From the sequence record ON568341.1: DNA of 64,000 nucleotides. One strand, 5' to 3'. The notes beneath the pieces were generated by a model that had not been told where the DNA came from, searched no databases, and saw nothing but the letters and a program-made list of their open reading frames with translations. Source of the DNA: Escherichia phage UE-S1. Made by a program: the position numbers and the translations under genes. Below, piece by piece: positions 23,458 to 33,145 of the stretch (positions are counted from its first letter, which is position 1; each line of letters opens with the position of its first letter).

Positions 23458-23778
23458 ATGTTATCAGTATTGTTTTCAATTCCATCTTTAATTCTAATTT
23501 GGATTATTGTGTATGAATGTTTTATTGTAGATGATACGGAGAAAAAAGAATTCAATGAGTTATTCATGCTTGATACGCCAGTTGTCCGCATTTTCTATTC
23601 TGTAGTTATCGTTTCAGTACTTGCATGGATTGTAAGTTTTATCTTCCCAATGGGTGCAATCATTAATGTATTGAATTTGGTTGAAAACACTATTGCTATT
23701 CTATGGCTTATCAAAGCGTGGTATGTAGGAAATGTTAATATTTGGATTGATATTGTTAAATCTAAATTTACAAAATAA
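23458..23778 (+). CDS. small membrane protein (106 aa)
   Basis: Hydrophobic segments; GAGGG RBS. Confidence 0.5.
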   Translation: MLSVLFSIPSLILIWIIVYECFIVDDTEKKEFNELFMLDTPVVRIFYSVVIVSVLAWIVSFIFPMGAIINVLNLVENTIAILWLIKAWYVGNVNIWIDIVKSKFTK

Positions 23779-23870
23779 GATGTAATAAGTAATAGTGAAA
23801 CAACCTAGATATGATTAAATACTTCTGTACATACATATAGTACAGAAGTATTTCTTAGTAGAGGTTTGTT

Positions 23871-24230
23871 ATGAATACTTATATAAAATTAATAGCACTT
23901 ACTTGCTTGTTATTGTCTTTTTTTAGTTACGGTTCGTCATCTGAAACACAATGTCGTAGTACTAATGGAACGATGTATTCATTAACTAACGATCCGGGAA
24001 ATGGTAAAAATATTGTTATTGATGGTGAAACTTATCGTTTTAAAGTACAAAGCACTATTGGTAATAAAAAGATAACGACTTATATTAATGATTCTGGAAC
24101 ACTTGCAAATGTTATATTAATTGTTAATCCAAAAACAGGTCGTGGTGATATCTATATAGTAATTTATTTAGATTCAGCACAACAACGAGAATTAGATATA
24201 GATGAATTAAATCTTCATTGCAAAATATAG
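23871..24230 (+). CDS. secreted small protein (signal peptide), paralogue of 24615-24971
   Basis: Signal-peptide-like N-terminus; shared motif DGxxYxF..TIG. Confidence 0.5.
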   Translation: MNTYIKLIALTCLLLSFFSYGSSSETQCRSTNGTMYSLTNDPGNGKNIVIDGETYRFKVQSTIGNKKITTYINDSGTLANVILIVNPKTGRGDIYIVIYLDSAQQRELDIDELNLHCKI

Positions 24231-24240
24231 GGTATAAAAT

Positions 24241-24618
24241 ATGATAGATTCTATTGTAATTGGGTTGATAAGTATTCCATTTATTTTGTCTTTTATAATT
24301 TCCATATGCATGATTGTGTATTTTATATTTGCTGGAATGTATTTTGTTTTAACAAACAAGTATATTTTTATTTCTAAGCTTGATTCAATATTTGCATGTG
24401 AAACTTTAGCTTACAACTTATGGATAATCTGCTCTAGTATTATGGGGTTGACTTACCTTTTATATAAATTTGATTTTATTAATGTAAATATTGTATATAT
24501 TAGTGCTGGATTAGCATTATATCCTGCTACATGGTACTTGATTTATGTTGTGGACATATGGTATAGTACTTACAAAGAATACCAGTGTAAGAAATCATTA
24601 AAAGTTGAGAGGAATTGA
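24241..24618 (+). CDS. small multi-pass membrane protein (125 aa)
   Basis: Hydrophobic segments. Confidence 0.5.
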   Translation: MIDSIVIGLISIPFILSFIISICMIVYFIFAGMYFVLTNKYIFISKLDSIFACETLAYNLWIICSSIMGLTYLLYKFDFINVNIVYISAGLALYPATWYLIYVVDIWYSTYKEYQCKKSLKVERN

Positions 24619-24971
24619 TTATGAAAATTATTTTATTTTTTGTATCTATGTTATTGAGTGGATTTGTATATGCTGAACCACTTGAAGGTTTAGTTTGCAC
24701 AGACGGACACATCAAACATATCTATCAAGGTGATAGTTATGATCATGATATTGTTTATATTGATGGTCAACAATATAACTTTGTTAAAGAGCATACTATT
24801 GGCGACATTAGCTTCAATGAGTTTTCAAATGATGAAGATCCTAACGCCTTGGCATTTATGGAAGTTGATTTGTATGAAGATAGTAATGGTACACAATATG
24901 CTAAACTTGTTATGATGCGTCGTGGTGCTAAAGAAACAAGTTTCGGTGGTTTATGTAAATATAAGGATTAA
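24615..24971 (+). CDS. secreted small protein (signal peptide)
   Basis: MIMKIILFFVSMLLSGFVYA then EP. Confidence 0.5.
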   Translation: MIMKIILFFVSMLLSGFVYAEPLEGLVCTDGHIKHIYQGDSYDHDIVYIDGQQYNFVKEHTIGDISFNEFSNDEDPNALAFMEVDLYEDSNGTQYAKLVMMRRGAKETSFGGLCKYKD

Positions 24972-24976
24972 TTATT

Positions 24977-25168
24977 ATGCTGATTTATAAATGTGATAAT
25001 ATTCGTGTTCTACAACATCCTTATCTTCAAATCTTTGATGTGCAGATGTTCATGGAAGGTGATAATCCGAGAACCTATGGACGTAAGTATGATTATTTCA
25101 CGGTCAAGCAGTGCAACAACATTGATGAAGTACGACGATTAGTACATGAACTCCAAAACAAAGGTTGA
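24977..25168 (+). CDS. hypothetical protein (63 aa)
   Basis: Track ORF ending inside terminator stem. Confidence 0.45.
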   Translation: MLIYKCDNIRVLQHPYLQIFDVQMFMEGDNPRTYGRKYDYFTVKQCNNIDEVRRLVHELQNKG

Positions 25169-25194
25169 CTTCGGTCAGCCTTTTTTGTTATAAT
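25163..25194 (+). terminator. intrinsic terminator overlapping promoter-like hexamers
   Basis: GGTTGAC-TTCG-GTCAGCC hairpin plus T6; the stem TTGACT and a downstream TATAAT are spaced 18 nt like -35 and -10. Confidence 0.65.
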
Positions 25195-25222
25195 TATTTT
25201 ATATTCTAATGGATTTTAAATT

Positions 25223-25663
25223 ATGTTAGTATATCGTTTTGAACTTAAATTTAGTTACATTGAACCTGATTTGAAACCAGCAACAAATGTTGGTCCATTT
25301 GCACGGTATTCTTCAAAATACAGTACTAAAAATGGTTTTGACCGTTTGTATATGTCTACGCCTACGCAGTTCCAACCTGAACCAACTGATGATGGAATCT
25401 ATTCAATCAAATATGGATGGGCATTTGGCTGTCAAAGTTTGAATGATTTGTTTCGGTTCTTTACTATGGACTTGGGTAAATTACATCGTGCTGGGTTTGC
25501 TATTTCCGTATATGATGTACCTGATAATCATGTGGATATTGGTCGTAATCAGGTTCAGTACTATTGCGGTAGTGCAACATTGGTTCGTATCATGTCAGTT
25601 AAGGATGCAAAGGTGGAGTACAGTCAAAGTAAAAGAGTAATACATGAGGCTATATATGGATAA
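25223..25663 (+). CDS. hypothetical protein (146 aa)
   Basis: Track ORF. Confidence 0.5.
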   Translation: MLVYRFELKFSYIEPDLKPATNVGPFARYSSKYSTKNGFDRLYMSTPTQFQPEPTDDGIYSIKYGWAFGCQSLNDLFRFFTMDLGKLHRAGFAISVYDVPDNHVDIGRNQVQYYCGSATLVRIMSVKDAKVEYSQSKRVIHEAIYG

Positions 25664-26000
25664 GACACAAATAGAATTGAAAAAATTTGTATCATTCTAT
25701 CTACCAAATGATCCACGTACTTCACAAAAAGATTTTGAATATTATAATATTCTAAGTAAACAGTTAATGAGAAAGTTTCAACAGTGTTTAAGTATATTCA
25801 ATACCGATGGTAGACGTAGATACCGAATCATTTCAATGAATGATGAAAACGCAAACTACTTTGATTATGATGTTGTTTTTAGAGCATATAATGATGACCG
25901 AATTAAATTAAATTATGATCAAATAATATTTGATCTAAGTGCTATATCTGTTATAATCACGCATATCGCCGAGATTAATGGTTTTAAAGAGTGGTATTGA
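25644..26000 (+). CDS. hypothetical protein (118 aa)
   Basis: Track ORF. Confidence 0.5.
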   Translation: MRLYMDKTQIELKKFVSFYLPNDPRTSQKDFEYYNILSKQLMRKFQQCLSIFNTDGRRRYRIISMNDENANYFDYDVVFRAYNDDRIKLNYDQIIFDLSAISVIITHIAEINGFKEWY

Positions 26001-26014
26001 TTAGAGGACAACAT

Positions 26015-26281
26015 ATGAAGCTTAAATTGCAATATAACGGATTTACTTTACGTAATGATACTGAGTTTGTAAATCGTTCACCTGGTGCTGAACTTTTTTT
26101 GCGAGAGATGAACATTCCTTTCATTGTCACCACTGTTGGGGATCGTGAAGTTTTACAATACGCAGAGCATCCTATTATTGATGTTCCTTGGTATTCTGAA
26201 CATATGTACATGGATATGGCACGTCGCTACAACTGTAAGTTCATAGTAGAAGGTGATAAAATTACAGTACAATTTAAATGA
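26015..26281 (+). CDS. hypothetical protein
   Basis: Track ORF 25991 trimmed to ATG after GAGGACAACAT. Confidence 0.45.
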   Translation: MKLKLQYNGFTLRNDTEFVNRSPGAELFLREMNIPFIVTTVGDREVLQYAEHPIIDVPWYSEHMYMDMARRYNCKFIVEGDKITVQFK

Positions 26282-26421
26282 TGTGAATTGAAATGAACAG
26301 TACTACACTCAATTTAAGCATCATCGCAAATGTAGAAATATAATATAAAAAGGGAAATCATATATGGTTCCCCCTTTTTCTTATTACGTACAATTAAGTA
26401 CATATATTAATTGAGGAAATT

Positions 26422-26994
26422 ATGAATCGTAAAGGCCGTTTTAAGGTATCAAAGAAGAATAAGAGTTCTAGGTTTAAACCTATAGTGTTAACAGTTAAAG
26501 CTAAAGAAGAATTAACTGCACTTAGTAAAAAGATCATTTCATCTAAGATCAAAATATCATATATAAATTCAGTAAAATATCAAAATGTAAAACCACGAGA
26601 TCAACTTATTTCACTTATATTTGAACGTAATGATTTTGAGATATCAGTAGATGATTATAGAGCCTATAATGCTGGCTTCATTAATGTTACTTGTAATAAA
26701 GAACTAACTGCATTAGAAAATTTGTCATGTATAATAAATCTAGATAAAGGTGTTGTGAAATACCATTTTGTACATTTCACTAATATCAATAATGGAATGG
26801 GCGTAGAATCCAGACCTATAGTGCCTACGTGTGATGTTACTAAATTAGCAAAACTCAATGATGAAGAATATTTTCAAGAAAGCATTGTAACTGAGCATTT
26901 AGATGATATAATAGCAACTTACAAAGAATGCATATGGGTTTTGAATGCCATTAAGCCTAAATTGTGTTTAATGAATATTGTTCGTGATTTATGA
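26422..26994 (+). CDS. hypothetical protein (190 aa), basic N-terminus
   Basis: Track ORF with GAGGAAA RBS. Confidence 0.55.
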   Translation: MNRKGRFKVSKKNKSSRFKPIVLTVKAKEELTALSKKIISSKIKISYINSVKYQNVKPRDQLISLIFERNDFEISVDDYRAYNAGFINVTCNKELTALENLSCIINLDKGVVKYHFVHFTNINNGMGVESRPIVPTCDVTKLAKLNDEEYFQESIVTEHLDDIIATYKECIWVLNAIKPKLCLMNIVRDL

Positions 26995-27007
26995 ATGGGA
27001 AATTAAA

Positions 27008-27451
27008 ATGGGTTGGGTAAATGTAAATAGTATTGAACTTAACGAACAAGATATTTTTGCATTTGTGAATTTGACCAATAATACAGTACTGAAAGGGCGT
27101 TTGTTCAGAGCGAGTGATGGATATAAATGGATCTCTTTGATGGATGATTGTGGTGTGATTTATAATGCAATGCAATTGCCACAGTGGGTATATAGTAATA
27201 CTTCTGACGATGTTCTTGCCGCTGTTATGCGTGAGTTTGAAAAACTACCAGGTGGTGATATGAAAAACAAAGTTTTTAATGCAGAACGTCATAATTATAC
27301 AGCACAGCAATTGGAATCACTTGCCATTGCTGCATATCAAGCTGCTATTAAGAAGCCAGAGTGTGTTATTCTTAAGTACGTCCCAGACTTAAAACTCACG
27401 TTGGAAGATATGGATGCATTCATTTTTACATCTGAACTTGAACAGTACTGA
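27008..27451 (+). CDS. hypothetical protein
   Basis: Track ORF (TTG at 26978) trimmed to first ATG. Confidence 0.45.
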   Translation: MGWVNVNSIELNEQDIFAFVNLTNNTVLKGRLFRASDGYKWISLMDDCGVIYNAMQLPQWVYSNTSDDVLAAVMREFEKLPGGDMKNKVFNAERHNYTAQQLESLAIAAYQAAIKKPECVILKYVPDLKLTLEDMDAFIFTSELEQY

Positions 27452-27565
27452 TTTAACTTTGGGACAAACTTTTCTATAATGATATAATTTTCTTGTCTGA
27501 TTATTTAAATGACATGTTGAAGTATAAATATTATTGTAAAGTTATCTCTTATAGGAGTTATAAAA

Positions 27566-27949
27566 ATGGTTGATAAATGGAATAAGAAAGATCCATCCCA
27601 TGATGTTGATATTTCTGATCTAGATGATGCACATAAGCATAAGTATCTAGATTCACTAGGTCTTCTCAAACCGGACCAAAGTCTTGCACACGAACGCCCA
27701 TCACGTGAAAAAGCATTCAGTCTAGAATCACTTGGTCATGAGCTAAATCGTGTGTTTGAAGAACACCCAATTTATGTACGTGATATTATTGAGAAACTTA
27801 AAGTAACTCCTAAAGAGCACTTTAAAGCAACTGTACATTCTGCATTCCGTGCATTGCATGATTCTCTCAAGAAAACTCATAATCTTCGTAAAATTCATGA
27901 TGAAATTGTGAATGCAATCGAAAGTGAAAAGCATAAGTTCAAGAAGTAA
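27566..27949 (+). CDS. hypothetical protein (127 aa), K/E-rich
   Basis: AGGAG RBS; shares LDSLGLL motif with next gene. Confidence 0.5.
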   Translation: MVDKWNKKDPSHDVDISDLDDAHKHKYLDSLGLLKPDQSLAHERPSREKAFSLESLGHELNRVFEEHPIYVRDIIEKLKVTPKEHFKATVHSAFRALHDSLKKTHNLRKIHDEIVNAIESEKHKFKK

Positions 27950-27957
27950 TAGAAAAT

Positions 27958-27983
27958 GGGTTGACTTCGGTCAGCCTTTTTTT
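27958..27983 (+). terminator. intrinsic terminator
   Basis: GGGTTGAC-TTCG-GTCAGCC plus T7. Confidence 0.7.
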
Positions 27984-28014
27984 ATATACTATAAATATAG
28001 TCATAGAGAAAAAC

Positions 28015-29289
28015 ATGAAATCTATGGAGAGAAATCAAATGCCAAGTAATTTTACTGATAAAAATGGTGGTAACATGGCAGGTCACTCGGATAAATGGAG
28101 TGAACGCAACCGCCGACCAAATAGTTACCAAGCAGGTCAAGGTTCTCGTGGCTCCAGAAACCAAGGAACTGGTCTAGCTGGTAAAGCAAATGCTGAACCT
28201 GGTGAAGTTAAAAGTACTGAGAACATGACTGAGCTAGAAAAACTACGCTACGTTAATTCATTGGGACTTCTTAATGCTACACAAAAACAACGTCTAGCTG
28301 ATATGGAACGTGAAGAAAAAGAAAAGACTGCTCCTGCGAAAGAAGAACCAAAACAAGAAGCACCAAAGGCGGTTAACCCTGTCAAAGAACTGTCTGATAA
28401 GTTAGGTAAGATCTTTGCAAATAAACCCCAACTTATTCAAGGTATTGTCAAAGAATTGCAATCTGTACCTAAAGAAGAATTAAAAGCCAAAGCACAAGCT
28501 GTTCTGGATGCAATGAAAGGAAATACCAGTACTGAACCAACCGAAGTATTCAGTACTATTATGCGTGCACTGGAAGGTAAACAACAAGGTGAAGAACGTG
28601 GTGATGAAGTAAGTCTTGAACGTGTTCTTAAAACATTTGATAGTATTGGGAAAGAAGACCGTGTTAATGCACAACAGGTTAAAAATGTACTAGCAAAATT
28701 GGAAAACCGTCTAGAAGGTAAAGATGATAAGATTAAATTGGTATCCGATGCAGTTGAAAATGCACTTAAATCTTATGTACAAGGTGAAAAGAGTCGTTTT
28801 GTAACTGCTATGGATGCTGCATTCAATACTATGAAAAAGTACGAAGCGGATCATGGAGAGAAGGTAACACGAGATGGTTATTTAATGCGTGATGATGAAG
28901 AAGGTGCAGTGGAACAGAATGATGCTCATTCTGACGAAGATATTGATGACATGGAAGCAGAACTGTCACAGGACCGCCAAATGACTGAAAAATCTCACAA
29001 TGAACTACAGAAATTAATGCAGTGGGTTGCAGAAGTAGGTGAAAAGGCTGGTGAAGATAAGAAGAGTATCAACCGAAACCTAAGTTGGATTAAAGATAAG
29101 GTTGGTAATAACGCTCGTAAACTACAAAAAGCATGGACTGATGTAGTGAATGGTGCGGTAGATATTGATGTTGAGTCTGGTGAAGCATATGATTATGCAT
29201 TGACTACACTTGATGATTCTTTTCGTGACTACGAAAAAGGAAACGTTACTCCTTGGGAAAAGGACATAATGAGTAAATATGGTAAATGA
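28015..29289 (+). CDS. hypothetical protein, highly charged K/E-rich
   Basis: Track ORF 27961 trimmed to ATG downstream of the terminator; paralogous motif SLGLL. Confidence 0.5.
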   Translation: MKSMERNQMPSNFTDKNGGNMAGHSDKWSERNRRPNSYQAGQGSRGSRNQGTGLAGKANAEPGEVKSTENMTELEKLRYVNSLGLLNATQKQRLADMEREEKEKTAPAKEEPKQEAPKAVNPVKELSDKLGKIFANKPQLIQGIVKELQSVPKEELKAKAQAVLDAMKGNTSTEPTEVFSTIMRALEGKQQGEERGDEVSLERVLKTFDSIGKEDRVNAQQVKNVLAKLENRLEGKDDKIKLVSDAVENALKSYVQGEKSRFVTAMDAAFNTMKKYEADHGEKVTRDGYLMRDDEEGAVEQNDAHSDEDIDDMEAELSQDRQMTEKSHNELQKLMQWVAEVGEKAGEDKKSINRNLSWIKDKVGNNARKLQKAWTDVVNGAVDIDVESGEAYDYALTTLDDSFRDYEKGNVTPWEKDIMSKYGK

Positions 29290-29298
29290 TAACAAAAA

Positions 29299-29322
29299 GG
29301 TTGACTTCGGTCAGCCTTTTTT
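29299..29322 (+). terminator. intrinsic terminator
   Basis: GGTTGAC-TTCG-GTCAGCC plus T6. Confidence 0.7.
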
Positions 29323-29358
29323 GTTATCATAGCTTTCCTAACTACAAAGGATGACGTG

Positions 29359-30000
29359 ATGACTAAGCAAGAAATATTCAAAACATTAATTGACATTTTA
29401 CGTTCATCTAAAACTCGTTGTGCAATGGAGTTTGATATTCCTTACGCTGAACGAGTCATCTTTCCACAAGTAAAAGCGGCAGGTCTTACTTTACTTGGTA
29501 TGGGGATGTACTCTGTAGTAGTTGAACATAAAAACTATCCAGGTCGTGCATTTAAAGTAACCACGTCACGATGGGATGGTTTTCGTGCTTATGCAAAGTA
29601 CTGTATTGATAACACAGGAACTAAGTTTCTTCCTGTAATATACAGTGCAAATGAACAAGGAAACTTTGGATGGTATGAAATGGATAAGTACTACCCTATC
29701 ATTAAACAAAAAAATAATTATGATGACTTTGTTAGTACTAAAATTGGAGATTTGTATTCGTATGCACATGCTGGTCAGTACGCAACTTCAGTGAATGAAC
29801 TGCGTGGAAATTCAGAAGAGATTGCCATTGCAACTGTTGCAGCTAACATAATGAAAGAGTTTCATGGTCGTTTTGTACCAGACATTCATTCCAGTAATGT
29901 GATGATGGATAAAGATGGAAATTTATTCATCACTGACCCTATTTCGTGTGATGTACGTCGAGAAATACCAATCACTGAAGAAGACCCAATTTTTTATTGA
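29359..30000 (+). CDS. protein-kinase-fold protein (putative kinase or phosphotransferase)
   Basis: DIHSSNVMMDKDGNLFITD matches catalytic-loop D..N and DFG-like spacing of eukaryotic-like kinases. Confidence 0.45.
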   Translation: MTKQEIFKTLIDILRSSKTRCAMEFDIPYAERVIFPQVKAAGLTLLGMGMYSVVVEHKNYPGRAFKVTTSRWDGFRAYAKYCIDNTGTKFLPVIYSANEQGNFGWYEMDKYYPIIKQKNNYDDFVSTKIGDLYSYAHAGQYATSVNELRGNSEEIAIATVAANIMKEFHGRFVPDIHSSNVMMDKDGNLFITDPISCDVRREIPITEEDPIFY

Positions 30001-30063
30001 CAGAACTTGTGTTCTGGTGTATATTAAGTGAATTATAAACAAATTGTGACACAGGATTAAATC

Positions 30064-30345
30064 ATGCGTTCATTTGAAAACTTAATAGGTAAACTTCTTT
30101 TATCTGAAATTGAAGAAGACGTTAAGGAATTATGCAAATCAAAAAGTTACATTCATTTGGATGAACTGTTTGTTAAGTACGGAGAGATTAGTTTTAAATC
30201 ATTATTTGTTTTTACTATGAAAGTACATAGTTTAAAGCACTTCGATTTAAGTTATAAAAATGATCAACCAAATCTATATCATATGTATTATCTCAAGAAT
30301 ATAGAAGAAGCTCATGCATTATTTTCTGAATATCTGAAGGTATAA
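30064..30345 (+). CDS. hypothetical protein (93 aa)
   Basis: Track ORF. Confidence 0.5.
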   Translation: MRSFENLIGKLLLSEIEEDVKELCKSKSYIHLDELFVKYGEISFKSLFVFTMKVHSLKHFDLSYKNDQPNLYHMYYLKNIEEAHALFSEYLKV

Positions 30346-30346
30346 A

Positions 30347-30685
30347 ATGGAACAATATTTTGAATTAATTAATAAAGTGTCATTCTATGTAGTGTCATTG
30401 ATGTGGGTTTATTTCATGTTTTGCTACATTATTGCATTCTTCCGATACACTACTTTATATGAACGTATCTATTATGATGCACCGATTTCATTCTTGGTAT
30501 TCTGTGCGTGTACGTGGGGAATATTAGAAGTACTGATATGTGGATATAGTACTGATGAATTAAATCTGGTATCGGTATTGACTGGGTTATCACTTGGCGT
30601 TATGATATCTTTCTTTCCAGTATGGTTGTTCTTTGAGCTGTTCCATCGCATTGATGTATGGCGTTCTAATATCCCTGAAAAATAA
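30347..30685 (+). CDS. small membrane protein, paralogue family A (1 of 3)
   Basis: 3-4 hydrophobic helices; C-terminal tail R.NIPEK. Confidence 0.55.
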   Translation: MEQYFELINKVSFYVVSLMWVYFMFCYIIAFFRYTTLYERIYYDAPISFLVFCACTWGILEVLICGYSTDELNLVSVLTGLSLGVMISFFPVWLFFELFHRIDVWRSNIPEK

Positions 30686-30688
30686 GGA

Positions 30689-31036
30689 TTGATAATGATT
30701 TATTACACTAACGTGTTTGCCTATGCTGTTGCTTGCATTTACATTGTTTACTTCTTATTTGGTGGAGTGCTTTACTTCTTTAAGTACAAAACACTGTTTA
30801 ATAGGATGTATCCAAATCACCCTATCGTAGTTGTACTTTTGATTCTTTCTGTTTCCCAAATAATCGTTGAAACTACAATGGGTATCAGTAGTGTACATTA
30901 TAGCTTCGGTACTATAGTAATTATTACTATGCTTATTGCATACATTTTAGTACTTGGATATGGTATATTTGGTAATGTTGGAATGAAAATGTATCATCGA
31001 ATTAAAACCTTACGTGATAATCTACCGGAGCGTTAA
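30689..31036 (+). CDS. small membrane protein, paralogue family A (2 of 3)
   Basis: Shared FxYxTLxxRxY motif and tail LRDNLPER. Confidence 0.55.
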   Translation: MIMIYYTNVFAYAVACIYIVYFLFGGVLYFFKYKTLFNRMYPNHPIVVVLLILSVSQIIVETTMGISSVHYSFGTIVIITMLIAYILVLGYGIFGNVGMKMYHRIKTLRDNLPER

Positions 31037-31037
31037 T

Positions 31038-31382
31038 ATGTATAATTTAAACCTAATCTCATATATTATAACAACACTGTTTACATTCTATGCCTTTGTT
31101 GGTATAATCCTACTGTACTTTAAATTTTATAAAGTGTTTAACCGTTTCTATCCTTCAATGGAGAATGAGTTTTTCTTTGTGTTGTACGTAGGTTACACAT
31201 TAATGGCTACATGTTTCACTGTAGCCGATGGTGTCATCGGCATTAAAACTGATGCACCAAATGGTAGTACGCTGGTTGCATTTATTCTTACCGGATTCCT
31301 TGCAACTTATATTGCCTTCATTACAACATGGTCAGTAGTTGAATTTCTCTTGCGACTACGTAAGAATATGCCGAATCGATAG
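31038..31382 (+). CDS. small membrane protein, paralogue family A (3 of 3)
   Basis: Track ORF 31014 (GTG) trimmed to ATG after GGAG; tail LRKNMPNR. Confidence 0.5.
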   Translation: MYNLNLISYIITTLFTFYAFVGIILLYFKFYKVFNRFYPSMENEFFFVLYVGYTLMATCFTVADGVIGIKTDAPNGSTLVAFILTGFLATYIAFITTWSVVEFLLRLRKNMPNR

Positions 31383-31391
31383 GAGACATAT

Positions 31392-31646
31392 ATGTTTGCA
31401 TTGCGTAATAAAGACACTAAAGAATTATTATGTATTGATACCGTATGGGATTGTGCGGGTTCAACTACTGTTCTTGAAGAAGGAACTGGTTGTTGTGTGT
31501 TTGTTGTTCAAGATAAGAATATTCTCGAATCATTACTTGCTGAGTTCAATGCTGGTGATAATCCTAATAGTACTGAATACCCTGAGATTATCAATCCAGC
31601 ACCTCCAGGTTCTTATGAAATCCTACCACTATGGGTGTTGAAATAA
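31392..31646 (+). CDS. hypothetical protein (84 aa)
   Basis: Track ORF. Confidence 0.5.
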   Translation: MFALRNKDTKELLCIDTVWDCAGSTTVLEEGTGCCVFVVQDKNILESLLAEFNAGDNPNSTEYPEIINPAPPGSYEILPLWVLK

Positions 31647-32026
31647 TGCGACAAATGTACAAAGTAACCGAGCTAAACAAGCGTCTGGTTAAACAATCTA
31701 TGTTTGAGGATAAAGAGTCTTACTATAACTTTAAACGTGCTGTAGAGGCTGCTATCCACATTCAGAAGCTTAAAGAACGTGGTTTTATTATTCTGGAAAA
31801 TGGTTCGGAAGTTGTAACGGATGACTTTAGTGTAGCGTTTGATGTTTCACCTGATGGCACGCTATCAATGCCCCGCTTAGGAACTGGAAACATGACTGTT
31901 TGGGTTGGCTTCACTATGGGGAATGTACCTGGTACTGTGTACGTAGATGATGCGGAATTGAAAGACAGTTTCAAAAACTTATCTTATCTGGAACCACAAT
32001 ACGCACATGAAATGAATTTATTTTGA
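31646..32026 (+). CDS. hypothetical protein
   Basis: Track ORF 31631 trimmed to ATG overlapping previous stop (TAATG). Confidence 0.45.
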   Translation: MRQMYKVTELNKRLVKQSMFEDKESYYNFKRAVEAAIHIQKLKERGFIILENGSEVVTDDFSVAFDVSPDGTLSMPRLGTGNMTVWVGFTMGNVPGTVYVDDAELKDSFKNLSYLEPQYAHEMNLF

Positions 32027-32027
32027 G

Positions 32028-32055
32028 TTGACAAACACATTCAGTACTGTATAAT
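32028..32055 (+). promoter_or_regulatory. sigma-70-type promoter (TTGACA-16-TATAAT) followed by stem-loop 32066-32083
   Basis: TTGACAAACACATTCAGTACTGTATAAT then GGGATGA-ACTTC-TCATCCC hairpin before RBS. Confidence 0.6.
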
Positions 32056-32102
32056 GTTTATCAAGGGGATGAACTTCTCATCCCTACAATCGAGGAACGA
32101 CC

Positions 32103-32657
32103 ATGATTACTTTTAAGAAAACTGCTAACCACATCCATGAAATCTACATTAACGGTCACAAAGCTGGCCTTCTTCGTTTACTCAGCCATCATCCTGATGT
32201 TACTGTATCTGATAATGAACCTAAAGATTGGCGTGTCTTTTTCTTTGGGAAGTACAGTGATTTTCAAGTATCAAACCTGAAGAACATTCGTTCAGTATGC
32301 ACGTTAACTGAAATTAAAGAAAAGTTAGTAAAAGCATTGAAAACTAATCCAGATGCAGTTCTTCCACCAGATAATTTTGTAGAGAAAGGTTATGCCTTAG
32401 CTCATTTCAAAGATGGCACTATTCAATCTATCAGTACTGCATATGAATATCAATGGACTGAGTACTTCACTTATGGCTCCCGTGAAACTTTGATGGCTTC
32501 ACGTAGTAAATTGGAAGAAGTAATAACTATTATAAATGAACGTGAACGTCATTTATATGATAAACCTGAAATGTGGAGTTCAACTTACATTGACCGTATT
32601 GACTATGTTATTATGTCTCCAATCTTTGACACTGCTTACTATGATTCTTTGAAATAA
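32103..32657 (+). CDS. hypothetical protein (184 aa)
   Basis: Track ORF, GAGGAA RBS. Confidence 0.55.
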   Translation: MITFKKTANHIHEIYINGHKAGLLRLLSHHPDVTVSDNEPKDWRVFFFGKYSDFQVSNLKNIRSVCTLTEIKEKLVKALKTNPDAVLPPDNFVEKGYALAHFKDGTIQSISTAYEYQWTEYFTYGSRETLMASRSKLEEVITIINERERHLYDKPEMWSSTYIDRIDYVIMSPIFDTAYYDSLK

Positions 32658-32668
32658 GGATAACTTAT

Positions 32669-32845
32669 ATGAAACTTCGTACTCGCAATCGTTTGATGGA
32701 TGCACTGTACCACGAACAATGTACATTGAATGACACAAAGCGTCAGTTAATGTATACATATCAGTTACCAGCCCGTGCTGCGAAACAACGTGCCAAAGAA
32801 TTACTAAAAGAAGCTATCGAGTACTGGGAATCTGATTCGTACTAA
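32669..32845 (+). CDS. hypothetical small protein (58 aa, below track cut-off)
   Basis: ATG after AAGGAT; fills gap between flanking genes. Confidence 0.4.
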   Translation: MKLRTRNRLMDALYHEQCTLNDTKRQLMYTYQLPARAAKQRAKELLKEAIEYWESDSY

Positions 32846-32884
32846 TATTACGTGAAATGTCACGTTAATTAATTGAGGCGATAA

Positions 32885-33136
32885 ATGAAAATTTTATTAG
32901 TTCTAATACTACTAGTTGTTTTACCATTTACTTTAGTATCACCTGAACTTGCATGGAATGTGTTTGTGTACTTAGTATGTACTATTGTAGTAAATGGTAT
33001 CTTGTTCTTAGTTCTATTCATAAATGGAATAGGACACGGTGGAGGATGGACCAATACTGCTGATATTGTACATAAAACCACTATGTCTTTATTTGTTGTG
33101 TGGAATTTATTCTGGACTTGGTTTGTGTTCTTCTAA
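32885..33136 (+). CDS. small membrane protein (83 aa)
   Basis: Three hydrophobic helices. Confidence 0.5.
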   Translation: MKILLVLILLVVLPFTLVSPELAWNVFVYLVCTIVVNGILFLVLFINGIGHGGGWTNTADIVHKTTMSLFVVWNLFWTWFVFF

Positions 33137-33145
33137 TTAAAAAAT

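Noticed and set aside
31339-31641. 100-aa ORF overlapping 31038-31382 and 31392-31646
   Set aside because: Out-of-frame overlap with two better-supported genes.
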